A stretch of DNA of 39,515 bases from the NCBI GenBank assembly GCA_020721085.1, contig DYNJ01000003.1, forward strand, positions 1 through 39,515, read 5' to 3'. The position numbers were made by a program, and so were the translations under genes. How positions within the stretch are numbered: position 1 is the first letter of the stretch; every line of letters begins with the position of its first letter. The DNA comes from Sulfurovum sp. (GTDB lineage: Bacteria > Campylobacterota > Campylobacteria > Campylobacterales > Sulfurovaceae). Shown here one piece after another: positions 9,775 to 19,938 of the stretch. A model generated the notes under the pieces. The model had not been told where the DNA came from and searched no databases. It saw only the letters and a list, made by a program, of their open reading frames with translations.

Positions 9775-10218
9775 TTATTTATGCTCTTTATCCCAATCAA
9801 ACAAAGTTCTGGCCTTTTTGATCTGAGCATAACCGTATTTCTCTTCTCCATGCTTCGTCTCTATCGTGATCCCTTGATCATTTGCGTCTTTTAGGAGACA
9901 TTGGAGTCTATCCTTGCCAATCACCGAGATCTTGATCGTCTCACCGACAGCGCCCTTGAAATGTTCCGGTTTTCTAAGTCTGCGCTCAATGCCGGGAGAA
10001 CTTACCTCCAGGCGGTAATGACCGCTTACAGGCGGGTGGACATCCAAAAATGGCGAAAGCGCATGAGTAACCTCTACACAAAGATCGAGATCCACACCTC
10101 CCTCTTTGCTGATATAGACACGAAAGATCGTTTCATCCATCTCAGAGACAATTTCACTGTCATAAAATTCTGCGCCGTTTGCCTTGATGATTTTGGCTAT
10201 TTCACTCTCAAGATTCAT
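9775..10218 (-). CDS. rimP: Ribosome maturation factor RimP
   Basis: The track ORF extends to 10290, but that N-terminus overlaps rbfA. The internal ATG at 10218 (MNLESEIAKI...) gives a typical RimP with LEVSSPGIERRL. Confidence 0.85.
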   Translation of the reverse strand: MNLESEIAKIIKANGAEFYDSEIVSEMDETIFRVYISKEGGVDLDLCVEVTHALSPFLDVHPPVSGHYRLEVSSPGIERRLRKPEHFKGAVGETIKISVIGKDRLQCLLKDANDQGITIETKHGEEKYGYAQIKKARTLFDWDKEHK

Positions 10219-10570
10219 CTTTTTGACCCCCGATCTTTTTAAAAAGCGTCTCGATATGGCTGATCTTCTCGAGCTGATGATCAAACTCAAAAGTCATTCT
10301 CGGCGCCTTGAACCACCCCTCAGTCTGCTTGCAGTGGCTTTGGATATATCCGGACACCTTGCGAAGCTGCTTTAGAGCCTCGTTTTGCTCATCTTCGCTC
10401 AGGTACGAAGGCTCCAGATAGACTTTCGCATCACTTCGCCCTTTGGAACAGACCACATCAGTCACCAAAAGCGCATTGATCCTGGCATCGTCAAGCGTAC
10501 TAAGCGCCTCAGGGATAATCTCCTTGAGTACAGATTCTACACGGTGTCTCTTGATCTCTTCTTGCGTCAT
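10208..10570 (-). CDS. rbfA: Ribosome-binding factor A
   Basis: 120 aa. Sits immediately after infB with a 4-nt overlap. RbfA-like N-terminus: RVESVLKEIIPEAL...DARINALLVTDVVCSKGRSDAKVY. Confidence 0.9.
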   Translation of the reverse strand: MTQEEIKRHRVESVLKEIIPEALSTLDDARINALLVTDVVCSKGRSDAKVYLEPSYLSEDEQNEALKQLRKVSGYIQSHCKQTEGWFKAPRMTFEFDHQLEKISHIETLFKKIGGQKDES

Positions 10571-13056
10571 AGCGTAGCCCGCTCCTCCACGCTCTTGAAT
10601 GTTTCAATTATATCTCTCTCTTGGATATCATTGTAATTTTCCAGCATGATACCGCACTCATAGCCGTTTTTCACCTCTTTGGCGTCTTCTTTGAAGCGTT
10701 TGAGCGACGAAATGGTGCTGGTATAGATCACAACACCGTCACGGATAAGGCGCGCTTTGCTGCCTCTGATGATCGAACCTTCTATGACTTTACATCCTGC
10801 GATCGTGCCTATTTTGGCTACGGCATAAGTCTCTCGCACTTCGGCTTGACCGGTAATCTCTTCGCTGATCACAGGACTCATCATTCCGCCCAAAATCGCC
10901 CTGACATCATCTATAAGATCATAGATGACAGAGTAGGATTTGATCTCCACGCCCAACTCTTTGGCTTTCCTTTTGACATCACCGGTAGGCCTGACATTGA
11001 ATCCGAGTATGATCGAGTTTTCACTGGCGGACGACAGGGTCACATCACTGTCCGTGACACCTCCGACACCCTCATGGATCACATTTACCTTTACCTCTTC
11101 GTTTTTGAGTTTTTCCAGGCTTCCCTTGATAGCTTCAAGCGATCCTTGCACATCCGCCTTGATGATGACCGGCAATGACTTGAGCTGTCCTTCCGCGATG
11201 AGTGAGGAGAGGTCTTCCAATGTCGCCTTGGTACTCCTGGAGAGCTGTTTGGCACGGGCATACTCTGCGCGTTTTTGCGCCAGCTCTCTCACCTCCCGTT
11301 CACTGCTCATAGCGACGAGAACTTCGCCGGCACCCGGCACTTCGTTGAGTCCGATGATAGCGGCCGGACTTCCAGGCCCTACCTCTTTCATGGCATGCCC
11401 GTCATCGCTTCGGATCGCTTTGACACGGCCGAATGTATTGCCGGCGATTACATTGTCTCCGACACGGAGTGTGCCGTTTTTGACGATTACATTGGCAACA
11501 GTACCAAATCCTTTTTCTATAGAACTCTCGATCACGATCGCTTTTGCCAAACGGGTCGGATCAGCCTTAAGTTCCATCAATTCGGCCTGAAGCAAGATCA
11601 CATCCAGCAGATCATCGATCCCCTCCCCGGTGCGGGCAGATACGCTGACAAAATCATGGGATCCGCCCCACTCAGTTGTCTGTATGCCAAGCTCAGCCAT
11701 TTGTGTTTTGACCATCTCAGGATTTGCGCCGGGTTTGTCGATCTTATTGATAGCGACAATGATAGGCACACCGGCTGCTTTTGCGTGAGAGAGCGCTTCT
11801 TTGGTCTGTGGCTTGACGCCGTCATCTGCGGCTACGACGATAATTACAATATCTGTCGCTTGTGCACCGCGTGAACGCATTTCAGTGAAGGCTTCGTGAC
11901 CAGGAGTATCTACAAATGTCACCTTTTTGCCATTTTTTTCTATCTGATATGCACCGACATGCTGAGTGATACCGCCCGCTTCTCTGTCTGCAACCTTGGC
12001 AGAACGGATCTTGTCAAGCAATGAGGTTTTACCATGGTCAACATGCCCCATGATCGTGATGACCGGCGACCTCTCTTCGAGATGCTCATCAGCCTGTGCA
12101 TCATATGCAGCAACATAATCAAGCGCGTCAAGCGGATTGATCGTCGCCACCTCTACTTCAAATTCATCAGAGAGAATTTCGATATCATCTTTGTCGAGAA
12201 AGTCATTTTTCGTAACCATAGTACCCAGTGCAAAGAGTACTTTGATCACTTCGGCCACACTTTTGCCCACCTTCTCGGCAAACTCATACACCCTTACATT
12301 TTCAGGGATTTCGATCGTAGTGACCTTTTCGCTGCTCTCTTCAGATCTAAAAGTTCTTTTTCTTCTTTTGCCGCCTCTGCGGATAGACTGTGTCTGAGGC
12401 ATAAATTTGGAGGTTCCCGCCTGCAATCCTCTGCGTTTTTGCTCCTCTTTGTCTTTTTGCTCTTGGCGTTTCATCTCTTCATAGATATTCTTATCGCTAA
12501 AGTCCAAAAGAACCACTTCGGCAGAATCATAGATTTCGTCACTGCCTCCAAAGTTTCTATCGCCCATGATTTCCAGCTTTGCGCCGATCTCTTTGGGTTC
12601 GACAGTTTTTTTATGCTTCTTCTTCTTGGCTGCCGCCTGTATAGACTCAGCGACTGGCATAGGCTTGTGTATCGGCGCTTCAGGCTGTTTTGCCTTTCGC
12701 ACGATCGTGATACCGCCACGCGAGAGCAACTCTTTTTGGGGTACCTCTTTGGACAATGCTGGCGATCTGTCTTGGTGTTTGACCTCTACACTCTTTTCGG
12801 CGGCCAGCTCCTCCAAGGGCTCTTGAACTGTTTCGTCCTCTTTTTTGGGTACCTTTTTTGAGATTTTTGCCGGCTTTTCAAAACCTTTGGGCAGGATCCC
12901 GCTGATAGCATAATCGACAAGAATCCCAGCCTCTTCCATACTGATAGAACTGTTGATCGCTTTTACATTGTATCCCAGCTCATTGGCTTTTTCCAGCAAC
13001 TCTTTGTTTGAGAGGCCTGCCTCGTCTGCGATAGTTTGGATTTTTACTTTATCCAT
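10567..13056 (-). CDS. infB: Translation initiation factor IF-2
   Basis: 829 aa. GTPase motifs GHVDHGKTS, DTPGH, NKID; low-complexity K/E-rich N-terminal region. Confidence 0.98.
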   Translation of the reverse strand: MDKVKIQTIADEAGLSNKELLEKANELGYNVKAINSSISMEEAGILVDYAISGILPKGFEKPAKISKKVPKKEDETVQEPLEELAAEKSVEVKHQDRSPALSKEVPQKELLSRGGITIVRKAKQPEAPIHKPMPVAESIQAAAKKKKHKKTVEPKEIGAKLEIMGDRNFGGSDEIYDSAEVVLLDFSDKNIYEEMKRQEQKDKEEQKRRGLQAGTSKFMPQTQSIRRGGKRRKRTFRSEESSEKVTTIEIPENVRVYEFAEKVGKSVAEVIKVLFALGTMVTKNDFLDKDDIEILSDEFEVEVATINPLDALDYVAAYDAQADEHLEERSPVITIMGHVDHGKTSLLDKIRSAKVADREAGGITQHVGAYQIEKNGKKVTFVDTPGHEAFTEMRSRGAQATDIVIIVVAADDGVKPQTKEALSHAKAAGVPIIVAINKIDKPGANPEMVKTQMAELGIQTTEWGGSHDFVSVSARTGEGIDDLLDVILLQAELMELKADPTRLAKAIVIESSIEKGFGTVANVIVKNGTLRVGDNVIAGNTFGRVKAIRSDDGHAMKEVGPGSPAAIIGLNEVPGAGEVLVAMSSEREVRELAQKRAEYARAKQLSRSTKATLEDLSSLIAEGQLKSLPVIIKADVQGSLEAIKGSLEKLKNEEVKVNVIHEGVGGVTDSDVTLSSASENSIILGFNVRPTGDVKRKAKELGVEIKSYSVIYDLIDDVRAILGGMMSPVISEEITGQAEVRETYAVAKIGTIAGCKVIEGSIIRGSKARLIRDGVVIYTSTISSLKRFKEDAKEVKNGYECGIMLENYNDIQERDIIETFKSVEERATL

Positions 13057-13294
13057 ACTTGATTAACTCCTTTAAAAACTTATCAAACTGCTCCGCATCT
13101 TGCCTGAAGCGCTTTGCTAAACCTTTGATTTTTTTTGTATCATTGATGCACCCGTCACAAAGATAAAAACTTCTTCCATGTCCTTGGTATGCGATGATGT
13201 TATGATCGTTTTGCTGCAGTCTGAGAATGGTATTTTGCGTATATCTCTGTCTACACGCAATGCACATCCGAATAGGCACATTTTTTTTCAGCAT
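13049..13294 (-). CDS. ylxR: YlxR/DUF448 family RNA-binding protein
   Basis: 81 aa. PIRMCIACRQ...GRSFYLC. Sits directly upstream of infB with an 8-nt overlap. Confidence 0.8.
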   Translation of the reverse strand: MLKKNVPIRMCIACRQRYTQNTILRLQQNDHNIIAYQGHGRSFYLCDGCINDTKKIKGLAKRFRQDAEQFDKFLKELIKYG

Positions 13295-13315
13295 ATTATT
13301 ATATCCAAAAAGAGT

Positions 13316-14197
13316 TTAACTCTTCGTTGTAACGCCATGATTATCTAGCGATACACTTAAAACTCTAAATTGAGGGAAGCTATTTTGAAGGACTTGGGCT
13401 ATCGATACCGCATCCTCTGCGTGACAAAGGTTGAAAAATGTCGAACCGCTTCCCGAGAGTGTACTCATCAGTGCGCCGTGCTTCAGCGCCAACCGCTGGA
13501 TTTCAAATAATTCAGGCATTGTCTTCATCCGCCGTGTCTGGTGAAGCTTGTCCTTAGAGGCGATACGAAGGAGATCCCACGATTCACTGATAAACAGCGC
13601 CGTCATCAGAGCCGCCCTTGAGAGCGAATAAACAGTCTCCTCTTTTTTATACAATTTTGGAAGTATAGTGCGCGACTGATTGGTTGAGATGGTTTTATCA
13701 GGGATGACCAGCACAGCCCTAAGATAGTCCGGCAATTTGAACTTTTTACTGTAAACACGATCATCCTCTATGCAAGCTACATTAAATCCGCCCATAACCG
13801 CCGGCGTGATATTGTCCGGATGGCGCTCATACCTCAAAGCAAGATTCAGTATCTCCCGTTTGCTGTACTTTACCCCGGCAACCGCATAAGCAGCCGTCAA
13901 AGATGCCACTATGACGGCTGACGAGCTTCCAAGTCCTCTGGAGATAGGGATTTGGTTGTTGAATTCGAAGCGAAAAATCCCCTCTTTTTGCGTAAGGCGC
14001 ATATAGTGCTCATTAAAAATATTTAAAAAAAGTGTATTTTTTCTAATTTTTGGATTATCTGACCCCTCTCCCCGTGTCGAGATGCTTTGGAATCCTGCAG
14101 GCTTAACAGTGATCTCATTGCGCAGATCCACGGCCAATCCCAAAGCATCAAAGCCCGGTCCTAGATTGGCGCTGGTCGCAGGTACACTTATAGTCAC
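13316..14197 (-). CDS. thrB: Homoserine kinase
   Basis: 293 aa. [16 protein letters not shown]; GHMP kinase motif [11 protein letters not shown]. Confidence 0.93.
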   Translation of the reverse strand: MTISVPATSANLGPGFDALGLAVDLRNEITVKPAGFQSISTRGEGSDNPKIRKNTLFLNIFNEHYMRLTQKEGIFRFEFNNQIPISRGLGSSSAVIVASLTAAYAVAGVKYSKREILNLALRYERHPDNITPAVMGGFNVACIEDDRVYSKKFKLPDYLRAVLVIPDKTISTNQSRTILPKLYKKEETVYSLSRAALMTALFISESWDLLRIASKDKLHQTRRMKTMPELFEIQRLALKHGALMSTLSGSGSTFFNLCHAEDAVSIAQVLQNSFPQFRVLSVSLDNHGVTTKS

Positions 14198-14209
14198 ATA
14201 AACCCTTTT

Positions 14210-14677
14210 TTAAACAGCCGGCAACACATGGTTGGGCACGGCATTTTCTTCGACAGACAACTTATGCAAACCAAGTGGAAGAAAAAACTTTTGATCAACT
14301 GCCTGTTCAAATTTTTTTGTTATTATAGTTTCTTTTTCTTTGATAAAATAGAGATTTCCAACCGCCTTGACAGGTTTGCCGTCGTTGAACGCAAAAGCGC
14401 TGCATCCTTGCAATGCAATCCCCCGCACGATCTCTATTGTTTTGAGGACAATATAGGTAAGTTTGATCGCCATATAACTTCCCGGTCCATTCGCATAGAT
14501 CATCCGACTGACAGGATAACGATCCAATACACCTTTGATCATAGAAGGAAGGATCGATGAAGTTTGTTGATCGCTTTGTAAAGTTTCAATAAGATGATCA
14601 TCGCAGTACACTCCGATTTGCAAAGGAGAAGCGATGGAGATGACCAAAAGGGAGTATTCAGGCGAAGCTTTTTGCAA
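14210..14677 (-). CDS. tsaB: tRNA t6A biosynthesis protein TsaB (YeaZ-like), short form
   Basis: 155 aa. LLVISIASPLQIGVY...NGPGSYMAIKL. The track start is a TTG that overlaps lpxC by 20 nt; a TTG at 14647 (MVISIAS...) is an equally plausible start. Much shorter than the ~230-aa E. coli TsaB. Confidence 0.7.
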   Translation of the reverse strand: MQKASPEYSLLVISIASPLQIGVYCDDHLIETLQSDQQTSSILPSMIKGVLDRYPVSRMIYANGPGSYMAIKLTYIVLKTIEIVRGIALQGCSAFAFNDGKPVKAVGNLYFIKEKETIITKKFEQAVDQKFFLPLGLHKLSVEENAVPNHVLPAV

Positions 14678-15542
14678 ATTCTCTACTTTGCAGTGTTTCG
14701 ATCGCTACCATTTCATAGGCATCACTTTGGGCAAGGAGTTTTTGTATCAATTGGTAGTTGAGCTTATGGCTTCCTGCAAATGCTTTATAATGCCCTAAAA
14801 TATTATATCCGCAGACCATCATATCCCCCAATGCATCTAAAATCTTGTGCCGGACGAACTCATTTTCAAAACGAAGCCCTTCGGGATTGAGGATTTTGTG
14901 GTCATCAAGTCCTATTGCATTGTGCAAAGTAGCACCAAGGGCTAAATTTTGACTCTGGAGATACTGGATCTCTTTGACGAAACCAAATGTTCTCGCCCTG
15001 GCGATCTCATTGACAAAACCTACGGCACTCAACTCAAACCGCTCTTTTTGACGGCCAATCACCGGATGGTCAAACTTGATCTCAAAATCAAACAAAGCAC
15101 GATCAGATGGAGAGAGGGTAACAAATTTATCACCCTCTCGAACCGTCACCTCTTTTTTGATTCGGATTATCCGCTTGCTTTTGCCTAGCTCTTTTATGCC
15201 TGCCTCATCCAAAAGAAGACAAAAGCTTATAGCGCTTCCATCCATCACCGGCATCTCGCTTCCGTCGATGATCACTCGCATATTGTCAATCCCGTAAGCA
15301 TACACGGCCGAGAGAAAATGTTCGATTGTTGAGACAAATCCCTTTTCGCTACCTATCACCGTCGCCATCTGTGTATTGATCACGCTCTTTGGGGAAAGCG
15401 GAATACTCATGGCAAGATCATCACGATAAAAGACGATTCCTGCATCAGCTCCCAACGGTTCAAGCCGAAGTCGAATGGGTTCGCCCTTGTGAAGACCGAT
15501 ACCGATAGCTTCAACCGGCTTTGCTATCGTTCTTTGCTTCAC
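14658..15542 (-). CDS. lpxC: UDP-3-O-acyl-N-acetylglucosamine deacetylase
   Basis: 294 aa. GTG start preceded by AAAGGAGGAGAGG. KQRTIAKPVEAIGIGLHKGEPIRLRLEP; HKILDALGD. Confidence 0.95.
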   Translation of the reverse strand: MKQRTIAKPVEAIGIGLHKGEPIRLRLEPLGADAGIVFYRDDLAMSIPLSPKSVINTQMATVIGSEKGFVSTIEHFLSAVYAYGIDNMRVIIDGSEMPVMDGSAISFCLLLDEAGIKELGKSKRIIRIKKEVTVREGDKFVTLSPSDRALFDFEIKFDHPVIGRQKERFELSAVGFVNEIARARTFGFVKEIQYLQSQNLALGATLHNAIGLDDHKILNPEGLRFENEFVRHKILDALGDMMVCGYNILGHYKAFAGSHKLNYQLIQKLLAQSDAYEMVAIETLQSREFAKSFA

Positions 15543-15662
15543 CCTCTCCTCCTTTCGTTTTATATAATTGAAACCGAATAATCCAACTCTTAAATAAATT
15601 CAGCTGACAATTTTTCTCTATGAAAAACCTCATCTGTTGCCATACCGCTAAACTTAACCTTT

Positions 15663-15671
15663 ATTATAACA
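15663..15671 (-). promoter_or_regulatory. Extended -10 promoter element for lpxC
   Basis: Minus strand TGTTATAAT, starting 6 nt after the M23 peptidase stop. It implies a ~110-nt leader before the lpxC GTG. Confidence 0.35.
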
Positions 15672-15676
15672 CAATT

Positions 15677-17083
15677 TTAATTTGTTTTGTTGGTATCTTT
15701 CCCGAACATTATCACATCGGCATCTCTGAAAATCTTTTCAACATTATCTCTTATCCATTTAGAGTCAAGCCACTCGATCGGTCTGACATCCACGCCTTGC
15801 ACCAAAATACCAAAATGCAGATGATCTCCGAGAGCCAATCCTGTCATCCCCGTCGTAGCTATGACTTGACCGGCACTGACATGATCGCCCTCTTTGACAT
15901 CGATCGAAGTACAGTGCCCGTAGAGGCTATAAAGCCCCAGACCATGATCTATGATAGGCATATTTCCATAGATTCCGTTGTAGGTGGCAGCGACGACAAC
16001 TCCATCATTGGATGTGACGATCTGAGCCATCTTGTTGCTTGCCAGATCGTAACCAAGATGGTATGACTGTGATATCTCTTTGGTTTTATCTTTATAGTAA
16101 TAGTGTCTATCGTCTCCAAAATCAGCTATCTTCTGACCGTTTTTCAACGGATAAAAAGGCTTGATGCTCCATGATGAGAGCATCTCTTCGGAGATACCGG
16201 CAGATACACTGTGGATCAGTTTTTCATTATTGATCCGCATAGTTTCATTGACTGCTTTGAGTCTTTCAAGCTTGTTTTCTTTCATATAGCTCTGGTCTTC
16301 TTCGGCCAGTTCGGTGATCTTGCCGTCGATAAAATTATCTTTTGCTTCTATCCACGAAATACTGTAACGGAATGGCTTGAGATAAAAAGGTATTTCTGTG
16401 ATCCGGCTGTTGCCTGCTCTATCCTGCGCCACCGCCTTTGCCTGAAAGCTCTCTTGGGTAAACGGCCAAGCAATCAACACAGCATAAAAACCCTTTTTTT
16501 TGTATGGCTGCGCCTTGAATTTAAGATCTGCCACTTGAACATAAACCTGTTCTAGACCATCATCATCGGATGCTTGGAAGATGACCAGCGCACTCCCCCC
16601 TTGCGTGATACTGTAGGAGTTGGCAAGGACACTCAGACTTGGGCGCTTGTAGTCCAGCTTGAATGTAACGCTCTTTTGGGTGCTGTTGCCGGAGAGCAGA
16701 TTCCATTTGCTGGTGTCAACTGCCTTGACGGTCAGCTGTACTGTTTTGGCATTACGATCCAGTCCTTGCTTTGGGTATTTGATCTCAACGGTTTTTTCTT
16801 GATCGGCTCCCATCTGCTCTTCACTGGCAGCAAGCAGTTCATTTTTGCCGTCATTCAAAAAGATTTGATAACTTTTGAGAGCTGAATTATCGGATAGCTT
16901 GATCTTCAAAGGGGTGTTGGCATTCCAATAGGCATGTTTTGGAACCTCGATAATCGGTGGAACTCTTTCAAAATCTTTTGCAGTAAAGAGATATATCCCG
17001 CCTGCTATCGCACCCCCTAAGATCAATATTAAAAGGATTATCAATCCCGTTTTGCTTCTTTTTTCGCCTCGTCGTCTTAGCAT
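15677..17083 (-). CDS. M23 family metallopeptidase (peptidoglycan endopeptidase, Csd3/HdpA-like), membrane-anchored
   Basis: 468 aa. N-terminal TM GLIILLILILGGAIAGGIYLF. LytM motifs HLGYD and GDHLHFG. Confidence 0.9.
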   Translation of the reverse strand: MLRRRGEKRSKTGLIILLILILGGAIAGGIYLFTAKDFERVPPIIEVPKHAYWNANTPLKIKLSDNSALKSYQIFLNDGKNELLAASEEQMGADQEKTVEIKYPKQGLDRNAKTVQLTVKAVDTSKWNLLSGNSTQKSVTFKLDYKRPSLSVLANSYSITQGGSALVIFQASDDDGLEQVYVQVADLKFKAQPYKKKGFYAVLIAWPFTQESFQAKAVAQDRAGNSRITEIPFYLKPFRYSISWIEAKDNFIDGKITELAEEDQSYMKENKLERLKAVNETMRINNEKLIHSVSAGISEEMLSSWSIKPFYPLKNGQKIADFGDDRHYYYKDKTKEISQSYHLGYDLASNKMAQIVTSNDGVVVAATYNGIYGNMPIIDHGLGLYSLYGHCTSIDVKEGDHVSAGQVIATTGMTGLALGDHLHFGILVQGVDVRPIEWLDSKWIRDNVEKIFRDADVIMFGKDTNKTN

Positions 17084-18021
17084 TCACTCCATCCTAGTGT
17101 CTCAATTTTTTTTAGAATTCTATCCAAAAGTGCTTCACTATCGGTTGATTCGATGACAAACCCACAGGCATTTCTGTGTCCGCCTCCGCCAAAATATTCG
17201 GCCAAGGCAGTGATATCGCATCGTTTGCTGCGCAAAGAAACTTTGATCCCATGCTCATACATGACCAGCAAAATCCCGATCTCTACGGTTGCCAGGGAGC
17301 GCGCATAGTCAACAAACCCGTCTATATCGCTCATTTTTGCCCCAGTCGCTTCGATCATGCCACGGTCTATGATCATAGACGCCACAGTGGCATTGCGGTG
17401 CAAACATACAGTTCCAAGGGCAAGTCCCAGTATCCTCAAAGATGCCAGCGAACGGCGCTGGGTCAAATTGTAGGTCACCGTCTTGTGGTCTGCGCCCTCC
17501 TGCAGAAGCTGCTGTGCAAAATCAAAAACCTCTATATCGACATTGGGCGTCGTGAAGTAGCGCGTATCCGAAAGCAGCGCCGTATAAAAACAGGTGGCGG
17601 CTTCCGGCGTGATTGGATAATAATCCTTCATAACACGGTGAGCGACATGCGCGCTTGCACATACCGATGGATCTACATAGTTAAGTATTCCGTAATTTTG
17701 ATTGGTTTTGTGATGGTCGATATTGATGACATCTCTGCTCTCAAGCGCAAAACCGAGACGATCCACGCTTCCGCAATCACAAGCGATAATGATACTCTGA
17801 GCATAATCGATCTTATGTTTGATCTTTGAAAAATTGGGCAGAAAATCAAGATGTTTTGGCAAATCGGTCGATACATTCACGATCTCCACTTGCTTCCCGT
17901 CGGCTTTTAAGAGAGCATAAATACCCAACGACGTACCCAGCGCATCGGCATCAGGATAGATATGAGAGAGGATTGTTATATTCGGATGACTGTCGATAAG
18001 CTCCTTGAGATACTGACTCAT
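17077..18021 (-). CDS. DHH/DHHA1 family phosphoesterase (NrnA-like oligoribonuclease/pAp phosphatase)
   Basis: 314 aa. Motifs HIYPDADALGT, ACDCGS, DHH, GGGGH. ATGA overlap with nadC. Confidence 0.85.
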   Translation of the reverse strand: MSQYLKELIDSHPNITILSHIYPDADALGTSLGIYALLKADGKQVEIVNVSTDLPKHLDFLPNFSKIKHKIDYAQSIIIACDCGSVDRLGFALESRDVINIDHHKTNQNYGILNYVDPSVCASAHVAHRVMKDYYPITPEAATCFYTALLSDTRYFTTPNVDIEVFDFAQQLLQEGADHKTVTYNLTQRRSLASLRILGLALGTVCLHRNATVASMIIDRGMIEATGAKMSDIDGFVDYARSLATVEIGILLVMYEHGIKVSLRSKRCDITALAEYFGGGGHRNACGFVIESTDSEALLDRILKKIETLGWSEC

Positions 18022-18839
18022 GCCTCTACTTTCATCGAGAGATCGATCCAGTTGGCTTGATGGATGATGCTTCCTGTGGATATGGCATCCACTCCTGTTT
18101 TGGCTAGATCGTGTATAGTTTCAAGTGTCACATTGCCGCTTGCCTCAAGCAGTATATGGGGATAATACACATTGCGGTAAGCCACTACTTCAGAAATTTC
18201 CTCTTTTAGCATATTGTCGCACATCACGATATCAGCCCCTGCTTTCATCGCTTGTTTTGCCACCTCAAGCGTTTCGCATTCTATCTCTATCTTGGAGGTA
18301 AAGGGGATCTTCCGGCGTGCCTCTTTCATAAATCTATCAAGATCGTCTATAGTTTTCAGATGTGTATCCTTGAGCATCAAAGCATCGTCTAGCCCCATGC
18401 GGTGATTTATACCGCCGCCGCAGCGTACGGCATACTTCTCGAAAACCCTTAGAAGAGGCCGCGTCTTTCTGGTATCGAGCAGCTTCACTCCGGTATCCCT
18501 AATGGCATCCAGATATTTGGCTGTCAAGGTCGCTATCGAGCTTGCATGCAATATCAGATCCAAGACAGACCGCTCCAGCGAGAGAATTGTCTTGGAATCG
18601 CCGCTGATATACAGAAGCTTATCTGTCTTATGAAATCTGTCGCCGTCTCTGATATGCCACTCTATGGAGATTTTATAGATATCCGCCAATGTATCAAGGT
18701 ATTCTTTGCCTGCAAACACGCCGTCATCTTTGGCGATGATATAGGCTCTGATGTCCTTCAGTTCACCTATGCGTGCAAAGAGATCGCCCCTGCCCACATC
18801 CTCTGCGACCAGCGCCTTTAAAAAATCCTCTTTGTCCAT
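18018..18839 (-). CDS. nadC: Nicotinate-nucleotide pyrophosphorylase (quinolinate phosphoribosyltransferase)
   Basis: 273 aa. LLDTRKTRPLLRVFEKYAVRCGGGINHRMGLDDALMLKDTH. Confidence 0.93.
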   Translation of the reverse strand: MDKEDFLKALVAEDVGRGDLFARIGELKDIRAYIIAKDDGVFAGKEYLDTLADIYKISIEWHIRDGDRFHKTDKLLYISGDSKTILSLERSVLDLILHASSIATLTAKYLDAIRDTGVKLLDTRKTRPLLRVFEKYAVRCGGGINHRMGLDDALMLKDTHLKTIDDLDRFMKEARRKIPFTSKIEIECETLEVAKQAMKAGADIVMCDNMLKEEISEVVAYRNVYYPHILLEASGNVTLETIHDLAKTGVDAISTGSIIHQANWIDLSMKVEA

Positions 18840-18863
18840 CTGTTCCTGCTTTGTAAAGGTTGA

Positions 18864-19859
18864 TTATTTGATCTCGAGCATTCGCTCAAGTGCGATATTG
18901 GCCCATTTTATCGTATGTTCATCGACTTGGATTTCATTGATCGGACTGTGATCCTCAATCGATTTTAGCGTTTTATAGAGATCTTCCAGTGTGGTTTCAT
19001 TCATGGTTGGACACTCGGGCTTGGTAGAAGAGAGGACGAATGTATTGGCTTTGCGCATACGATGGACCAGATTGTACTCAGTACCCACTGCCACCTTTTG
19101 CTCGGGATCCAGTCCGTTGACATAGCTTATAATCTGCGAAGTAGAACCTGCAAAATCTGCAGCCTGCACCACTCTAGGATCACATTCCGGATGCACGGCG
19201 ATCTTGATACCGGGATATTTCTCTCGATAAAATTCGATATCATCCAGCGTAAAGAGCTGATGCACTGAACAAAAACCGTTGAAACAGATCACATCCGCCT
19301 CTTTGGGATCACACTCGCCTACACCTATCACGCACGACTTGAGCCCCATTTGGATAGCAAAATTCTGCCCCAGACAACGGTCAGGCACAAAGAGTATCTT
19401 TTTGCCGCTCGCCAATCCCCTCTCTATGATCTTGTAAGCATTGGAGCTGGTACAGACCAAGCCGCCCATCTCCCCGACTTTTGCTTTGACGGATGCGTCA
19501 GAATTGATATATGTGATGGGCAAAATATCCTCTTTTTTTATGCCGTGCTCCACCATATAAGCAACGCTTTCGTCAAAATAGCTTATATCGATCATGCGCG
19601 CCATCGCACAGCAGGCAATTTTAGGCATCAAGACCCGTTTATGCGGAGCGATCACCTTGAGACTTTGCCCCATGAAGCCGACACCGCAAAAGACAACCCA
19701 CTCTTTGGGATCATCTTTGCATCGTCTGGCAAGCTCCAGACTGTCTCCTGCGATATCCGCCATCTCAAAAACCTCATCACGCTGATAATAGTGTGCTGCC
19801 ACTGTCACATCAAGCGCCTTTTTCAAGCGTTCGATTTCAGCCTTATAGTCTATACCCAT
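18864..19859 (-). CDS. nadA: Quinolinate synthase
   Basis: The track ORF begins at a TTG at 19877. The ATG at 19859 (MGIDYKAEIERLK) has an AGAGGA SD. NadA-like repeats with conserved Cys (FCGVGFMG, LVCTSSN, FCSVHQ). Confidence 0.92.
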   Translation of the reverse strand: MGIDYKAEIERLKKALDVTVAAHYYQRDEVFEMADIAGDSLELARRCKDDPKEWVVFCGVGFMGQSLKVIAPHKRVLMPKIACCAMARMIDISYFDESVAYMVEHGIKKEDILPITYINSDASVKAKVGEMGGLVCTSSNAYKIIERGLASGKKILFVPDRCLGQNFAIQMGLKSCVIGVGECDPKEADVICFNGFCSVHQLFTLDDIEFYREKYPGIKIAVHPECDPRVVQAADFAGSTSQIISYVNGLDPEQKVAVGTEYNLVHRMRKANTFVLSSTKPECPTMNETTLEDLYKTLKSIEDHSPINEIQVDEHTIKWANIALERMLEIK

Positions 19860-19938
19860 TCTTTTTCCTCTCTTCAATTCAAGCTATTTTATCTAAATTC
19901 AGTTAAAATTGCATTCTACAACAAAAGGAGGCAGAAAA

